From a virus (Duplodnaviria; Caudoviricetes): a DNA stretch of 53,109 nt. The translations under genes were made by a program, and so were the position numbers. The stretch is taken from IMG/VR virus record IMGVR_UViG_3300034190_001473, positions 1 through 53,109 of that record; one strand, written 5' to 3'. Shown here one piece after another: positions 1-8,702 of the stretch. Position 1 is the stretch's first letter. Each line of letters starts with the position of its first letter. Below the pieces are notes generated by a model. That model made no database searches, was not told the origin of the DNA, and saw nothing but the letters and a program-made list of their open reading frames with translations.

Positions 1-11
1 GGAGAAAACAA

Positions 12-452
12 ATGAGTACCATTAAAGAATATCTGCAAGACATGTCTTCACGCGGCGACGCGCAGGCAGATTTTTGTTTGGAGGTTCTCGCGCAGAGCCA
101 GCCTGAGCCTGAGTTTGAACAGGCCGAAGGCTACCACACAACCAAACCATTCACGACAGTGGACTGCGATTGGGGGCCGTGCATTGGTCACACATTCGAC
201 AACGGTTGGGTGATGTATACCTACACCGAAGACCTAGCTCGCGTGTCGTTTCACCACCCAGACGAGCCAACCCCGCTCAAACATTACGAGGTATCCGTGA
301 CTGCCGAGGTCAGTTCAACGATCACGGTGGCTGCGCTCGACGAAGACAGCGCAGACGAACAAGCACACGAACTGTTCGACACAGCCCTTGCAAACGTCAC
401 GCCCAGTTCAGCATCAACCCAAGAAATCAAGGAGATTAAAAATGGCGCTTAA
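12..452 (+). CDS. hypothetical phage protein
   Basis: 146-aa ORF with GGAG RBS at 1-4; overlaps the next gene. Confidence 0.75.
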   Translation: MSTIKEYLQDMSSRGDAQADFCLEVLAQSQPEPEFEQAEGYHTTKPFTTVDCDWGPCIGHTFDNGWVMYTYTEDLARVSFHHPDEPTPLKHYEVSVTAEVSSTITVAALDEDSADEQAHELFDTALANVTPSSASTQEIKEIKNGA

Positions 453-681
453 CTATTATGTCGAGGTGTTCAAGCACACTTGGGAAGACTGGCGCATCGT
501 CGTGCCATCCGATGTCCAGCCTGAAGACGTAAAGGAATTTATCTACAAGCAGTTGGAGAAATTGCAATACATGGAAACCCCAACGCCGTCATTGGGTGAG
601 AGGACGTATGTGACTGAAGAGACACAGTTCTTAGAGGTTCAACCATACTGCACTGACGTCAAGGAGACTGACAATGGTTAA
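442..681 (+). CDS. hypothetical phage protein
   Basis: Start moved to ATG 442 (AGGAG at 430-434), MALNYYVEV... Confidence 0.7.
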   Translation: MALNYYVEVFKHTWEDWRIVVPSDVQPEDVKEFIYKQLEKLQYMETPTPSLGERTYVTEETQFLEVQPYCTDVKETDNG

Positions 682-847
682 GGGGCTAACCGAGGGAGAA
701 AAGACACGAGCATTTACCGTGATGGTTCACGGCATCTGGAAAGAACGAGAGCTTGGGTTGCTGACACGAGAGCAACTGACTGAGCGTATGCAAGAGGCAA
801 GAGACGCTTGCTTTGAAACAACCAAGGAGACTAACACACATGACTAA
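674..847 (+). CDS. small hypothetical protein (57 aa, not in ORF track)
   Basis: AAGGAG at 661-666, ATG 674, MVKGLTEGEKTRAF...TNTHD*. Fills the gap and overlaps both neighbours. Confidence 0.65.
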   Translation: MVKGLTEGEKTRAFTVMVHGIWKERELGLLTREQLTERMQEARDACFETTKETNTHD

Positions 848-2894
848 ATACGTGCAAGAAAACGAGGCGCTTGACCAAGTCGTTATGAGTGGCCACGAAA
901 TGATGGCTGCAACCACGACAGCGGTGCGTGCCATAAGCAATGACTACGAGACGGGCGTAGTCTTCCAAGGCAAGGGTGCTTTTACAGACGGCAAAGACGT
1001 ATCGCTGCCCGTCATCCCCATGAACGCCCCCGTTACCAAGCGAGATGCGCTAGTCGTCGGCGGCTATGCCAATCACGAGGGGCTGCACAAATTGCTGACA
1101 GACTTCTCTGGCTTGCGTAAGAAGATGGAGAAGTGGGCGCAAGAAGGCAGGGCTTTGACCAAGCAGCTCGCCAACGGCATGGAAGACGGGCGCATAGAAC
1201 ACGGTGGTACTGTGCTTTACGGCGGCTTGTCTGGTGCAATCGACAAGACAGCACGCGACGTCAATCGCAAGTTCATTGACGAAGTCTACCCGCAAGACCC
1301 CACTATCGTCGAAGACTTTGGCAAGATTGGCCCAGTCGCAATTACTTGGGAGAGCCGCAAGCGTATTGGCTACCCCGATCCCAGCAACGAAGAGGCATTG
1401 AAGCTGTTGCCGCCCGACATTCGCCGCAAGGTTAAGAAGATTGTTGACAGACTTATGAAGGTTCCTCACGGCGTCACAGGTCTGGGCAAGATTGATCGTC
1501 GCAAGGCATTGGCTGGCAGTCGCAAGGTTGCGGAGATGGCAGAAAAGATAGCCGACGAGTACATGAAGAAGATGCAAGAAGAAGAGGAACAGAAACAACA
1601 GCAACGTAAACAGGGCCAAGGTCAGGGTGGTGCTGAGACAGGGCAATCGCAAGGCGAGGACAAGACAGCCAACCCGGATCAACCCGGCGAGATGGGTAAT
1701 CCGGGTGACAACCAAACGACTAAGCCGAACGAAGAGGCTAAGCCGAACGAAGAGAACGGCCAAGGACGAGACGAAGAGAAGGGCGAAGGTGGGACAGGCG
1801 AACAGGCAGGAGGTTGGGGAGCGACAGGTCTTGAGGAAGAACGTCAAACTTTGCGAGAGCCGATACCTCACGACCCAAGTCTTCAAGATGCTGTGAAGCG
1901 AACCATTGGCAAGATCACCGCACAAACGGATCAACCATATACTGTCATGCTGCCTGATCGTGACAAGTTCTATCCACGACGTGCGCTCAGCGAAAGCCCT
2001 GAGATTAAGAAGGATGGTAAGTCGTGGTATGCTGAGCAGAAGAAGTCGATTAGCTCAGAGATAGGCACGACACGACGTAAGATGGAGCGTCTGCTTACGG
2101 CTATGGCTCGGACTGATGTTCATAACAACAAAAGGAGTGGTAAGCTGGACGTTCGTGGCAACGTCAGCAAGATCGTCAACCTAAAGACCAACGTCTTCAA
2201 GAAGAAAATGGAAGAGGCCAACGTCAATTCTGCACTGTCGTTGTTGATAGACTTGAGCGGTAGCATGAGTGGCGAGAAGATACGGCTTGCCAGTCAAGCA
2301 ACGCTTGCGATTGCCGAGGCGTTGGACGTTGTTGGCGTGCCATTTGAGGTGCTGGGTCATCACACGATTGCTAACTTGCGTGGGCTAATGAAGAGGGAAA
2401 AGCTGACGGAGGTTGTTTATGGGATGTATGGTCGTCGCTGCTCTATCATCATGAAGCAGTTCAAAGACTTCGATGATCCGCTTAGTCTTTGTCGTCCGAC
2501 GTTGGGTTCTATTCAGCATAGCGTATCGGGCAGCAACGCTGACGGCGATGCAATCATCTGGGCAGCGAGGCGTTTGCTTGAGCGACAAGAAGAGAAAAAG
2601 TTTCTGTTCGTTCTCAGCGACGGCAAGCCAGCGTACTACTCTGATACGCGAGACGAAGACCAGTACACTCGTGATGCGATTGAGTGGGTCAGGTTTCATG
2701 GCGTGAAGGTGTTTGGCTTGGGTATCAAGAGCAATTATGTGTCCAAATATTATCCTGATTACGTCACATGCTGGGACATGGAGCGGTTCGCCAAAGTGTA
2801 CGTCGACCAGATTGTCAAGCTACTGATGAGCAACGCGCTACCTGACCAGTCTAGTCTTATGAAGACTACGGCACGACGTGGCAAGGCCATATGA
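840..2894 (+). CDS. CobT-like VWA-domain protein with N-terminal HExxH (zincin-like) region
   Basis: MIDAS motif LIDLSGSMS; GSNADGDAI and VLSDGKP as in CobT-type VWA domains; N-terminal HEGLH...EDGRIE; acidic low-complexity linker. Start ATG 840 after AAGGAG. Confidence 0.85.
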   Translation: MTKYVQENEALDQVVMSGHEMMAATTTAVRAISNDYETGVVFQGKGAFTDGKDVSLPVIPMNAPVTKRDALVVGGYANHEGLHKLLTDFSGLRKKMEKWAQEGRALTKQLANGMEDGRIEHGGTVLYGGLSGAIDKTARDVNRKFIDEVYPQDPTIVEDFGKIGPVAITWESRKRIGYPDPSNEEALKLLPPDIRRKVKKIVDRLMKVPHGVTGLGKIDRRKALAGSRKVAEMAEKIADEYMKKMQEEEEQKQQQRKQGQGQGGAETGQSQGEDKTANPDQPGEMGNPGDNQTTKPNEEAKPNEENGQGRDEEKGEGGTGEQAGGWGATGLEEERQTLREPIPHDPSLQDAVKRTIGKITAQTDQPYTVMLPDRDKFYPRRALSESPEIKKDGKSWYAEQKKSISSEIGTTRRKMERLLTAMARTDVHNNKRSGKLDVRGNVSKIVNLKTNVFKKKMEEANVNSALSLLIDLSGSMSGEKIRLASQATLAIAEALDVVGVPFEVLGHHTIANLRGLMKREKLTEVVYGMYGRRCSIIMKQFKDFDDPLSLCRPTLGSIQHSVSGSNADGDAIIWAARRLLERQEEKKFLFVLSDGKPAYYSDTRDEDQYTRDAIEWVRFHGVKVFGLGIKSNYVSKYYPDYVTCWDMERFAKVYVDQIVKLLMSNALPDQSSLMKTTARRGKAI

Positions 2895-3049
2895 AGCGAG
2901 CCAGAATACCAGCAGTATGGTTCACTTGGTCGAGCGGTTCACATCGGCTGGCTTACTACGTGAAAGTCTACTGGACGTGTAGGGAAAGGGGGATAAGAAA
3001 AAATGACAAGGCAAAAGTTGTTGAGGTTATGTTAGAGCTTGCACCTTGA
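2891..3049 (+). CDS. small hypothetical protein (52 aa, not in ORF track)
   Basis: ATGA overlap with the upstream stop; MKRARIPAVWFTW...ELAP*. Confidence 0.5.
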   Translation: MKRARIPAVWFTWSSGSHRLAYYVKVYWTCRERGIRKNDKAKVVEVMLELAP

Positions 3050-3107
3050 ACATATCCGTGACACATTCGTAACATTAACATTAACATAATAGCGAAGGAA
3101 TTTTTAT

Positions 3108-3398
3108 ATGGAAGCTCACACGGCAGATAGAGTTGTTGGGTCTGCTTGCTGCGGCGCGCCGTGGCAAAACGGGCCAGTCGGCCCCACCGAAATCGCAGAG
3201 GCTCTTGTTAGTCTGTGCGTTAAGTGTAGCAATGCACACGCTGACTTAGAGATTTGCGTGCATCTTACAGACGGCACGCAGATCAAAGACATAACCGATG
3301 CAAGAAAAAGGGGTGCAACCACAGAGATACGCACAGTCAGCACCGTTTACCATGTCGTCACGACCGACATTTACAGGCTGATCCACAACATAATTTAG
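3108..3398 (+). CDS. hypothetical protein
   Basis: 96-aa ORF with AAGGA RBS, after an AT-rich promoter-like gap. Confidence 0.6.
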   Translation: MEAHTADRVVGSACCGAPWQNGPVGPTEIAEALVSLCVKCSNAHADLEICVHLTDGTQIKDITDARKRGATTEIRTVSTVYHVVTTDIYRLIHNII

Positions 3399-3411
3399 GA
3401 GACCTACACAC

Positions 3412-3882
3412 ATGGGTATCGCAGAAAAAATCACGACAAATACACTACAAGAACTAGGCGTTATTAAAGAGCAGAAGCCGGAGCCTAGCAGTATAGCAAC
3501 AGACTTGGAAGTTTCTTCGGGCGAGTTGTGGGCCAAGTACGACGGCTCACGAACCAAGTCGACAACGTATCGGCCACGCACACAACGTCACGGTAGTCCA
3601 AGGGGCTGGACGAAAGATGACGTGCTGGCTGAGCTTGACGAAATTAGAACAAACAATATCGACATGAGCATGGAACAACAGGCCGTGCTCACACGTAAGA
3701 ACTTTAAGGAGTGCGTCGAACTTATCACGACAGACTTACTGAATGGTGTGGAGCAAGGCGGCTTCGTTGTGAACGGTGGTGATAGCATCATCATCTTACA
3801 GCAACGAATTGCCGCATGGCTAGTCGAGCATACACGCCAGTATGACGGCAAAGACTACCGCATTGTGGTCGTGGAGGGGTGA
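3412..3882 (+). CDS. hypothetical protein
   Basis: 156-aa ORF with AGGAG RBS. Confidence 0.7.
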   Translation: MGIAEKITTNTLQELGVIKEQKPEPSSIATDLEVSSGELWAKYDGSRTKSTTYRPRTQRHGSPRGWTKDDVLAELDEIRTNNIDMSMEQQAVLTRKNFKECVELITTDLLNGVEQGGFVVNGGDSIIILQQRIAAWLVEHTRQYDGKDYRIVVVEG

Positions 3883-4163
3883 TGCAGAAATTGCGAGTAG
3901 ACGTGGACAAGGGTGAAGCTGCCATTGTCATCAGGAAAGACGCTTCGATTGAGACGTATATGAAGCTCAACGAAGTCGTTGGCGAGCCGTCGCTACTCGC
4001 GCTTGGTATAAGCTGGTCGTGTGAGAACGAGGATTGGAAACTCAGGCTCATGCGGAAGGCGAGAGTAAAGTTGTTGGGGATTATGGGGGCTGCTGACACC
4101 AGCAAAAGCCAGCGCCAGCAACACACACATGATGACGGTCACGACACCGTCATTGAGAACTAA
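3879..4163 (+). CDS. hypothetical protein
   Basis: GTGA overlap with the upstream gene; GGAGG RBS. Confidence 0.7.
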   Translation: MMQKLRVDVDKGEAAIVIRKDASIETYMKLNEVVGEPSLLALGISWSCENEDWKLRLMRKARVKLLGIMGAADTSKSQRQQHTHDDGHDTVIEN

Positions 4164-4281
4164 TAGGAGTAAAGACTAACAGAGGCAAGACAAGAACAGG
4201 CATCAGAACCAAAGCCACTGAGATACGACTAATGAATAGCACTAGAATACTAGCGACCAACTTATGAAAGGAAGGTCACAA

Positions 4282-4719
4282 ATGAATGACGATACACAGC
4301 GACGACTTGCGGCGATTGAAGCACAGTTAGATTTGATTATGCGGTCCTTGCTTGGCTCCACACCCACGGCCCCCCCGACAGAGCCAATCTCTGTTGCTAC
4401 GGCAAGTCGAGAGACAGAACTAATGGCGTATTCGCCTAAGCAAATTGCTGCGATCCAACTTGTTAGAGCTGGGATGCAAACAGAGGCTATGGCGAAAGCG
4501 CTAGACTGCACGGAAAGCACGATCAAGGTACATGTACGAGGATACATGAGACGATCTGATACGAATAGTCGACACAAGGCGGCTATCCATTACGAAAACT
4601 TGGTACAAGGCATGACACCAGAGCGTCACAAGAAATTGACCGACGTCGAGATGGACTGGGCCGAGAACCCAGACTTGTATCCTGACACAACTAAAATGCT
4701 ACATCAAAAAGTGAGGTGA
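4282..4719 (+). CDS. LuxR/GerE-type HTH DNA-binding protein
   Basis: YSPKQIAAIQLVRAGMQTEAMAKALDCTESTIKVHVRGYMRR follows the LuxR C-terminal HTH pattern. Start ATG 4282 after GGAAGG. Confidence 0.75.
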   Translation: MNDDTQRRLAAIEAQLDLIMRSLLGSTPTAPPTEPISVATASRETELMAYSPKQIAAIQLVRAGMQTEAMAKALDCTESTIKVHVRGYMRRSDTNSRHKAAIHYENLVQGMTPERHKKLTDVEMDWAENPDLYPDTTKMLHQKVR

Positions 4720-4721
4720 TA

Positions 4722-5789
4722 ATGCTGAAACTCAAGAAACAATCAGGTTACTGGCACGTCGTCGGTACATATCTAGGAGAGAGGGTCCGTCGCACAACGG
4801 GCCTTCGGGCCGTTAACAGTATGAAAGCGATGGCCGAGGCGGTACGAATAAAGACAGAGAAAGAGATAGTCGACGGCCAGTTCGGGCCGAAGGTTACGCA
4901 CGAGACGTTTAGGGATGCGGTCTTGCGCTACAAGGAATGGCAAATCTTGCAAAACAAACGTAACAAAGAGCAAGAGAAAATCCTTGAGAACTTTTGTGAT
5001 GATTGGGGCGACGTGCTATTGAGAGACATCACGACTGATGCGATCATGGTTTGGTCGACGACTAAGTGGACAAAACATAAGCCGGGTACTGTGCGGCGTT
5101 ACCTCAACGACATGAGTAGCGTGCTGAACCATGCGGCGAATAGGTTGGACAACTGGAACGCTCCAAAGGTTTCCAAGCCAGCCGCCAATGACGAACGCGA
5201 CGTACATTTTGAGCGCGACGAAGCCAACAGCTTCCTTGACTGGGCCAAGAGTGAGTGCGTTCATTACCACCCACACTTCCTGACGCTAATCTCGACGGGC
5301 GTTAGGCTTGGTGAGTTGCTGGCGTTGCGTCGGCCACACTTCGGCAAGTCTAACGACGGTGTGTTGAAGGTACGTCGTCGTCTCAAGAAAACTGGCAAGA
5401 CAAAGACGCGAGACATCCCGCTGACGAGGCCAATGCTTGAGCTGGCTCAGACGTTTGCCAGCAAGAGCGCACACGAGCCGTTGTATGTAGCACAGAGGGG
5501 CAACCCGTTCAGTTCGGCTGGGGCTGCAAGCACTGCGTTGAACGAGGCGTTGGGTGAGGGGCTGAAGGCGATTGGTCTGCCGTTCGATGGCGAGGATAGC
5601 ATGAGAGTGCATGATTTGAGGCACACGTTTGCTTATCTGGTAGCCAAGGGGGACGGTAAGCATGGCGCTGACCTTGGCGATCTGCAATACTTGATGGGCC
5701 ATGAAGACATAAAGCAGACAATGCGCTATCGGGGATTTATTCAAAGCAGAGCAAAGGGTTACGTGAGTTGTATGTTGGATGTGTCCTAG
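4722..5789 (+). CDS. int: tyrosine recombinase / phage integrase
   Basis: Catalytic motifs TGVRLGELLAL, KTKTRDIP, HDLRH, MGH and TMRY; GAGGT RBS. Confidence 0.93.
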   Translation: MLKLKKQSGYWHVVGTYLGERVRRTTGLRAVNSMKAMAEAVRIKTEKEIVDGQFGPKVTHETFRDAVLRYKEWQILQNKRNKEQEKILENFCDDWGDVLLRDITTDAIMVWSTTKWTKHKPGTVRRYLNDMSSVLNHAANRLDNWNAPKVSKPAANDERDVHFERDEANSFLDWAKSECVHYHPHFLTLISTGVRLGELLALRRPHFGKSNDGVLKVRRRLKKTGKTKTRDIPLTRPMLELAQTFASKSAHEPLYVAQRGNPFSSAGAASTALNEALGEGLKAIGLPFDGEDSMRVHDLRHTFAYLVAKGDGKHGADLGDLQYLMGHEDIKQTMRYRGFIQSRAKGYVSCMLDVS

Positions 5790-5995
5790 ATATGTCGGCA
5801 GACTTCTGACAAACGTAAGAGAAATTAATTCATAAGCCGTTGATTTTAAGCATTTGTTTTTTTGTAATGAACTCCTTTAATAGGGGAAATATTACATAAC
5901 TCAGGTGCATTTCAGCAGGGTAAGTCTTTAAAAACAAGGGCTTACCCAGACAAACCAATACTCCTAGACATGTCTTGGACATAGCTTATCTAGGA
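5784..5995. other. putative attP site
   Basis: Non-coding region right after int. Direct repeats TCCTAGAYATGTC at 5784-5796 and 5962-5974. Inverted IHF-like boxes at 5833-5845 (AATCAAcggcTTA on minus, exact WATCAANNNNTTR) and 5932-5944 flank an imperfect palindrome. Confidence 0.6.
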
Positions 5996-6008
5996 TATAT
6001 CCTGATAT

Positions 6009-6071
6009 TTGACACAATTAAGTTGTGACAGATGCTTGACACCACATATCCTACGTGCCATATGTGTCACA
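6009..6071 (+). promoter_or_regulatory. sigma70-like promoter region with TGTGAC operator-like repeats
   Basis: TTGACA at 6009 and 6036; TGTGACA at 6024-6030 and its reverse complement at 6065-6071. Confidence 0.5.
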
Positions 6072-6095
6072 TAATAATTAACTGATGAGGATAAG

Positions 6096-6533
6096 ATGTC
6101 TAATACAACTACTACTCGCAAGCAGCGTGTTGATTTAAACGCCGAGCAACGTGCGCAAGTTGTTACGCAATACTTTCAAGAGGGCGTCGGAAGTGGTGCG
6201 CTTGCGGAATTTTACGATGTGTGTGAGGCCACCATTCATGCGATCACCAAGCCTCGTCGCTTGGAGCTGAAGAAAGCACAGCACTTGCAAGAGGCTATGA
6301 AGCTGCGCAAAGCGATTAGCAAAGCCAAGCCAAAGGCGGGTGGCATTGTTCGGTCCAAGAAAAATCTGGTGAAAGAAGATCATCCTGACCAGAACTTGTC
6401 GGTGAGCTGGATGTCCAGCGAGAGCGACGCTTTCATCACGGGCATGTCCATTGCTTACGGGTTATCTCGTGCGCAAGTGGTGGATAAGTTGATCGACATC
6501 GCCAAGGCTTCCAATGCCACGAAGCAAAACTGA
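6096..6533 (+). CDS. DNA-binding protein (N-terminal HTH, possible C-terminal ribbon-helix-helix)
   Basis: GVGSGALAEFYDVCEATIHAIT is HTH-like; LSVSW...AYGLSRAQVVDKLI is RHH-like; GAGG RBS. Confidence 0.6.
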   Translation: MSNTTTTRKQRVDLNAEQRAQVVTQYFQEGVGSGALAEFYDVCEATIHAITKPRRLELKKAQHLQEAMKLRKAISKAKPKAGGIVRSKKNLVKEDHPDQNLSVSWMSSESDAFITGMSIAYGLSRAQVVDKLIDIAKASNATKQN

Positions 6534-6777
6534 TCCAGACGCATTACGAGTTGCGCCGATTGTGCGCAACTTTTTTGAAATCGTTCACGCCAGCGACAGA
6601 AGCTACCAAGTTATAGCTGACGATGCTGGTGTGAGCCGCGAAACCATTGTGCGTTGGCAGACGTCTGCCAGCCCTAGTCTTGTGACGTTTATCGCAGCGG
6701 TAAATGCTATGGGATACGATGTTTTTTTAAGACCGACTACCCCAGCCAGCGGTGGGGCTAATAACACTGGCAGTTAG
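6514..6777 (+). CDS. XRE/Cro-family HTH regulator
   Basis: SYQVIADDAGVSRETIVRW...PSLVTFIAAVNAMG. Confidence 0.75.
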   Translation: MPRSKTDPDALRVAPIVRNFFEIVHASDRSYQVIADDAGVSRETIVRWQTSASPSLVTFIAAVNAMGYDVFLRPTTPASGGANNTGS

Positions 6778-6820
6778 TGCGACGTACCTTTCATACCCGC
6801 TCGTGGGGTCGGCTTGCCGG

Positions 6821-7111
6821 TCACTCGTACACCTTGCGAGTGGTACACTCCGCGTCGTGAACTAACGTGAGCCGAGTATCCGTCTTGATAGAGGCGCGGC
6901 TCGTAGAAGAAGGGGGTTGCTGTAAAGGCTTCCCCCTTTTTGCTTTCTCCCAGATATGCTCTGCCTCGGCTGCTTCAAAATCGTCGAGAGCTTCAAGCAA
7001 AATCTCGACGTAATCTTTTAAATCCTGTATTTCTTCAAGGGATGTTTTCAAATTTTCCTGCAATTTTTTTTCACGACTTAACATGTCTTCAAATATTTGA
7101 CGTGTAATCAC
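6821..7111 (-). CDS. hypothetical coiled-coil protein
   Basis: 96-aa ORF coupled by overlap to the upstream gene. Confidence 0.6.
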   Translation of the reverse strand: MITRQIFEDMLSREKKLQENLKTSLEEIQDLKDYVEILLEALDDFEAAEAEHIWEKAKRGKPLQQPPSSTSRASIKTDTRLTLVHDAECTTRKVYE

Positions 7112-7362
7112 TGGGATGTTTCCCCTCTCAACTCAGACAAAGACACACCCTCACCCAGCATTGCGGCCTCGGCCAGCATGTCGGCAAGACACATAGCGCC
7201 TTCGTGAGTAAGATAAAAATTTCCAGAGCCAATCGTTAGCACCATTTTCCCTGATTGAGACAGGGAAATGTAGGGCGAGACGCAACGCGCCTCGGTCCCT
7301 GTTATTTCCGCGACTTGCACTGACCCTGATGCTGCGACAGTGCAAGCTACTGCGTGGGCCAA
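7108..7362 (-). CDS. hypothetical protein
   Basis: 84-aa ORF in a packed minus-strand run; TTG start uncertain. Confidence 0.55.
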   Translation of the reverse strand: MAHAVACTVAASGSVQVAEITGTEARCVSPYISLSQSGKMVLTIGSGNFYLTHEGAMCLADMLAEAAMLGEGVSLSELRGETSQ

Positions 7363-7422
7363 TCAGTATCCGATCTTCTTGCCGGGGCGGGGCTTGGGCT
7401 TGGGCTTGGGCTTTTTCTTCAC
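7363..7422 (-). CDS. 19-aa basic micro-protein MKKKPKPKPKPRPGKKIGY (not in ORF track)
   Basis: AAGGAG RBS just upstream of GTG 7422; fills the gap between neighbours. Confidence 0.55.
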   Translation of the reverse strand: MKKKPKPKPKPRPGKKIGY

Positions 7423-7432
7423 GTCGTTCTCC

Positions 7433-7639
7433 TTACGTTGGTGTGTCGTCTCTCGTGCAACGATGCCTGATTTGCACAGGCATCCCTGTTGTTTGCCAAA
7501 GTTCTATCTGTAAACTTTCTGCCTTTTCTTGCGCGACTAGGTAGCACGACGACTTGGTTGTGAAGCGGTCATTATTTTCCATGATTGCTTGTTGCCCGTT
7601 GGCAAAGACTATCCAGAAATATAAGACCCAGACTTCCAT
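7433..7639 (-). CDS. small hypothetical protein, possibly exported
   Basis: Hydrophobic N-terminus and two Cys. Confidence 0.6.
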   Translation of the reverse strand: MEVWVLYFWIVFANGQQAIMENNDRFTTKSSCYLVAQEKAESLQIELWQTTGMPVQIRHRCTRDDTPT

Positions 7640-7640
7640 A

Positions 7641-7895
7641 TCACCAAGCCTTGCATGACCAATAGCGTGCGCTAGTCTTGGGTCCGGGGTTGTCGCAGTT
7701 GTGGCGAGCGCGGAAAGACTTGCGACGAGCTGGTATGTTTTTCTTAATGGTCATGCTCTGATCCCCAAAGCGTACAACCTTAGTCGAGTTACCATCCTTC
7801 ACGCAGACGGCAGACTTCTTTGAGGCGCTTGGAGTTTTCCAAGGCTTGTTAATTTTCTTTCCTTTGCAAGCGCCAGAAATTCTACCCTTTGTCAT
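7641..7895 (-). CDS. conserved basic phage protein
   Basis: VRFGD...RRKSFRARHNC...ARYWSCKAW, a motif I recognise from many marine phage proteins of unknown function. Confidence 0.75.
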   Translation of the reverse strand: MTKGRISGACKGKKINKPWKTPSASKKSAVCVKDGNSTKVVRFGDQSMTIKKNIPARRKSFRARHNCDNPGPKTSARYWSCKAW

Positions 7896-8364
7896 CCTCG
7901 TCTCCGCTCATTACAGTAAAGAGTTTAACGATGTTGTCGGGCGTGTCGTCCTCACTCGCCTCTTTTTCCAGATACTCTGCGTCCATGCAGGGCCAGCCGT
8001 ATTGCATGAGATAGCCCTCGTAGATAAAGGCGAAGTCGTTAAGGCGCATCACGACTAAGCTGTCTTGAGTTTTCATATTGTTGCGACGCTGCATCACGAC
8101 GGGCATTTCGGGAGTGTCAGATTTATGTATGCCTGTCTCGGCTTGCTGCATTGCTGCGTAGGGCTGGAACTTTTCTGTGCGTTTTGCCTCGACCCACAAG
8201 TCTGGCGTTCCGATTAGGTCTGCGCGACCACCGCCAGTTATGTATGACCCACCACCAGATAGGGGTGCGCGTGTGACTTTGCCTTCGCCGCCGAACAATC
8301 GTCGGTCTAACCACTTGGCAAGCTCTCGCTCGTAGCCGTCGCCTTTTCTTTTTTGTTTACTCAC
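7882..8364 (-). CDS. Holliday junction resolvase (Hjc-like PD-(D/E)XK nuclease)
   Basis: KGDGYERELAKWL...ADLIG...WVEAKR. Confidence 0.8.
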   Translation of the reverse strand: MSKQKRKGDGYERELAKWLDRRLFGGEGKVTRAPLSGGGSYITGGGRADLIGTPDLWVEAKRTEKFQPYAAMQQAETGIHKSDTPEMPVVMQRRNNMKTQDSLVVMRLNDFAFIYEGYLMQYGWPCMDAEYLEKEASEDDTPDNIVKLFTVMSGDEDDKG

Positions 8365-8378
8365 GTCGGCTCTCCTGT

Positions 8379-8702
8379 TTATTTAAACTGCCAGTCGTCG
8401 GGGATGCCCATTAGGTCTGGGCTTTTGCATTTGTTGCAGACGTATTGCCAACGTTGTCGAGAGGCCGTCGACTTGCACTTGATGCAAGGGCGCTCCCAAT
8501 TATCTACTTCGGATTTATTAGCGGTGATCGCGTACTTCGCGCCGTTAAATTCAGCGAGGCCTTCTCGGATCAAAATGCGCTTAATGGTATCAGAGCAGCA
8601 GCCAAATCGACGAGCCATTGCGCGGTAGGTGTAGTCGTGGTCTAGCATATATTCCAATAAGTCCCGCTCGCCTTCGGAGAGGCCAGCTCGGACAGATCGC
8701 AT
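8379..8702 (-). CDS. HTH plus zinc-ribbon protein, putative transcription regulator
   Basis: Start moved to ATG 8702 (GGAGGTG RBS). YTYRAMARRFGCCSDTIKRIL HTH; CIKC...CNKC. Confidence 0.7.
   Translation of the reverse strand: MRSVRAGLSEGERDLLEYMLDHDYTYRAMARRFGCCSDTIKRILIREGLAEFNGAKYAITANKSEVDNWERPCIKCKSTASRQRWQYVCNKCKSPDLMGIPDDWQFK

Noticed and set aside
1050-1934. 294-aa antisense ORF (likewise 26544-27299, 27825-28685, 45632-46390)
   Set aside because: Shadow frames opposite well-supported genes, with no RBS or recognisable motifs.
4164-4281. ACTA(A/G) short repeats in the gap before the LuxR-like gene
   Set aside because: Too short and irregular to distinguish from chance.
5889-5916. dif-like site (ATATTACATAA resembles the XerD arm)
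   Set aside because: No XerC-like arm at the 6-bp spacing; an AT-rich chance match is likely.
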